Shown here one piece after another: positions 63,669 through 64,000 of a stretch of DNA of 64,000 nt (the stretch's first letter is position 1; each line of letters starts with the position of its first letter). Both the position numbers and the translations under genes were made by a program. The notes under the pieces were generated by a model. The model was not told where the DNA came from, ran no database searches, and was given only the letters and a program-made list of their open reading frames with translations. Source of the DNA: Parcubacteria group bacterium (GTDB taxonomy: Bacteria; Patescibacteriota; Minisyncoccia; Phycocordibacterales; UBA2135); NCBI GenBank assembly GCA_016180525.1, contig JACPBB010000001.1, forward strand, positions 251,840 to 315,839, read 5' to 3'.

Positions 63669-64000
63669 TCACAGAGGCTCCACAAGTACCACAAATTCGC
63701 CCCTTATTTTTTCTTTGTTTTTTTCAAAATACGCGATAAGTTCATCTGCCGTGCCCAAAACCCCCTCCTCATATATTTTAGTAAGCTCGCGCGCAACAAA
63801 TATTTTCCTCCCCGAAGTAAGAAATTTTTTTAATGAGATAAGCGCTTTCATAATGCGATGCGGAGATTCATAAAAAACGACAGTTCGTTTTAATGCAGCA
63901 ATTTCTTTAAAAAGCGTTTCTCTTCCTTTTTTGTGCGGCAAAAATCCTAAAAATAAAAAATCGGATGAAGGAAGCCCACTTATTGAAAGTGCCGCAATCG
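63669..64000 (-). CDS. rsmI: 16S rRNA (cytidine1402-2'-O)-methyltransferase RsmI, partial (N-terminus beyond window end)
   Basis: ...SDFLFLGFLPHKKGRETLFKEI...VFYESPHR...RELTKIYEE matches the RsmI C-terminal half (GFLP.K...R, RELTK.FEE). The reading frame stays open to position 64000. Confidence 0.75.
   Translation of the reverse strand, partial: IAALSISGLPSSDFLFLGFLPHKKGRETLFKEIAALKRTVVFYESPHRIMKALISLKKFLTSGRKIFVARELTKIYEEGVLGTADELIAYFEKNKEKIRGEFVVLVEPL

Noticed and set aside
1-64000. Search for rRNA, tRNA, transposase/integrase, CRISPR-Cas, toxin-antitoxin pairs
   Set aside because: No ORF with transposase/integrase/recombinase motifs (DDE, tyrosine-recombinase R..H..R..Y, serine-recombinase) was seen. 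No rRNA-like conserved stretches. No convincing tRNA cloverleaf noticed by eye; this cannot be excluded without tRNAscan.

Overview
This 64 kb window reads as one large, almost entirely minus-strand glycan / cell-surface glycopolymer biosynthesis locus from a low-GC bacterium with very short intergenic spacers. By inference it is probably a CPR/Patescibacteria-like organism: an LTD surface protein, GH57, YvcK, many GT4 genes, and no transcription factor in 64 kb. It encodes about 10 GT4 glycosyltransferases, 2 GT2, 2 rare bacterial GT47 (exostosin-like) paralogs, GT-C-type membrane proteins, 3-4 TagF-like GT-B paralogs, a LicC-like cytidylyltransferase plus a CDP-alcohol phosphatidyltransferase, and an MsbA-like ABC exporter. 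Nucleotide-sugar tailoring enzymes include UDP-sugar 6-dehydrogenase, UXS-like decarboxylase, epimerase, Gfo/Idh/MocA oxidoreductase, DegT aminotransferase, an FdtA-like ketoisomerase and two TylCIII-like C-methyltransferase paralogs. There are also at least 7 class-I SAM methyltransferases, one FkbM methyltransferase and a NodU/CmcH carbamoyltransferase. A sugar-acid module (FucD-family dehydratase, KduI/IolB cupin, SDR, MOFRL glycerate kinase) and asnB are embedded. The 3' end of the window holds an LTD surface protein, a monocistronic NYN-domain gene bracketed by terminators, an unknown 399-aa protein, a TM-less TraD/VirD4-like ATPase with a ~270-aa disordered tail, a GH-like TIM-barrel protein and a partial rsmI. 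Most notable: (i) identical heptanucleotide tandem repeats (CTTGTAA/CTTGTAG x4) at three sites inside two GT4 genes, candidate phase-variation switches; (ii) at least four families of short intergenic repeat/palindromic elements recurring at promoter positions; (iii) the NYN / unknown / T4CP-like ATPase unit as a candidate uncharacterised system. No rRNA, tRNA, CRISPR array, transposase or integrase was recognised. Non-CDS coordinates are read by eye and may be off by a few bases.
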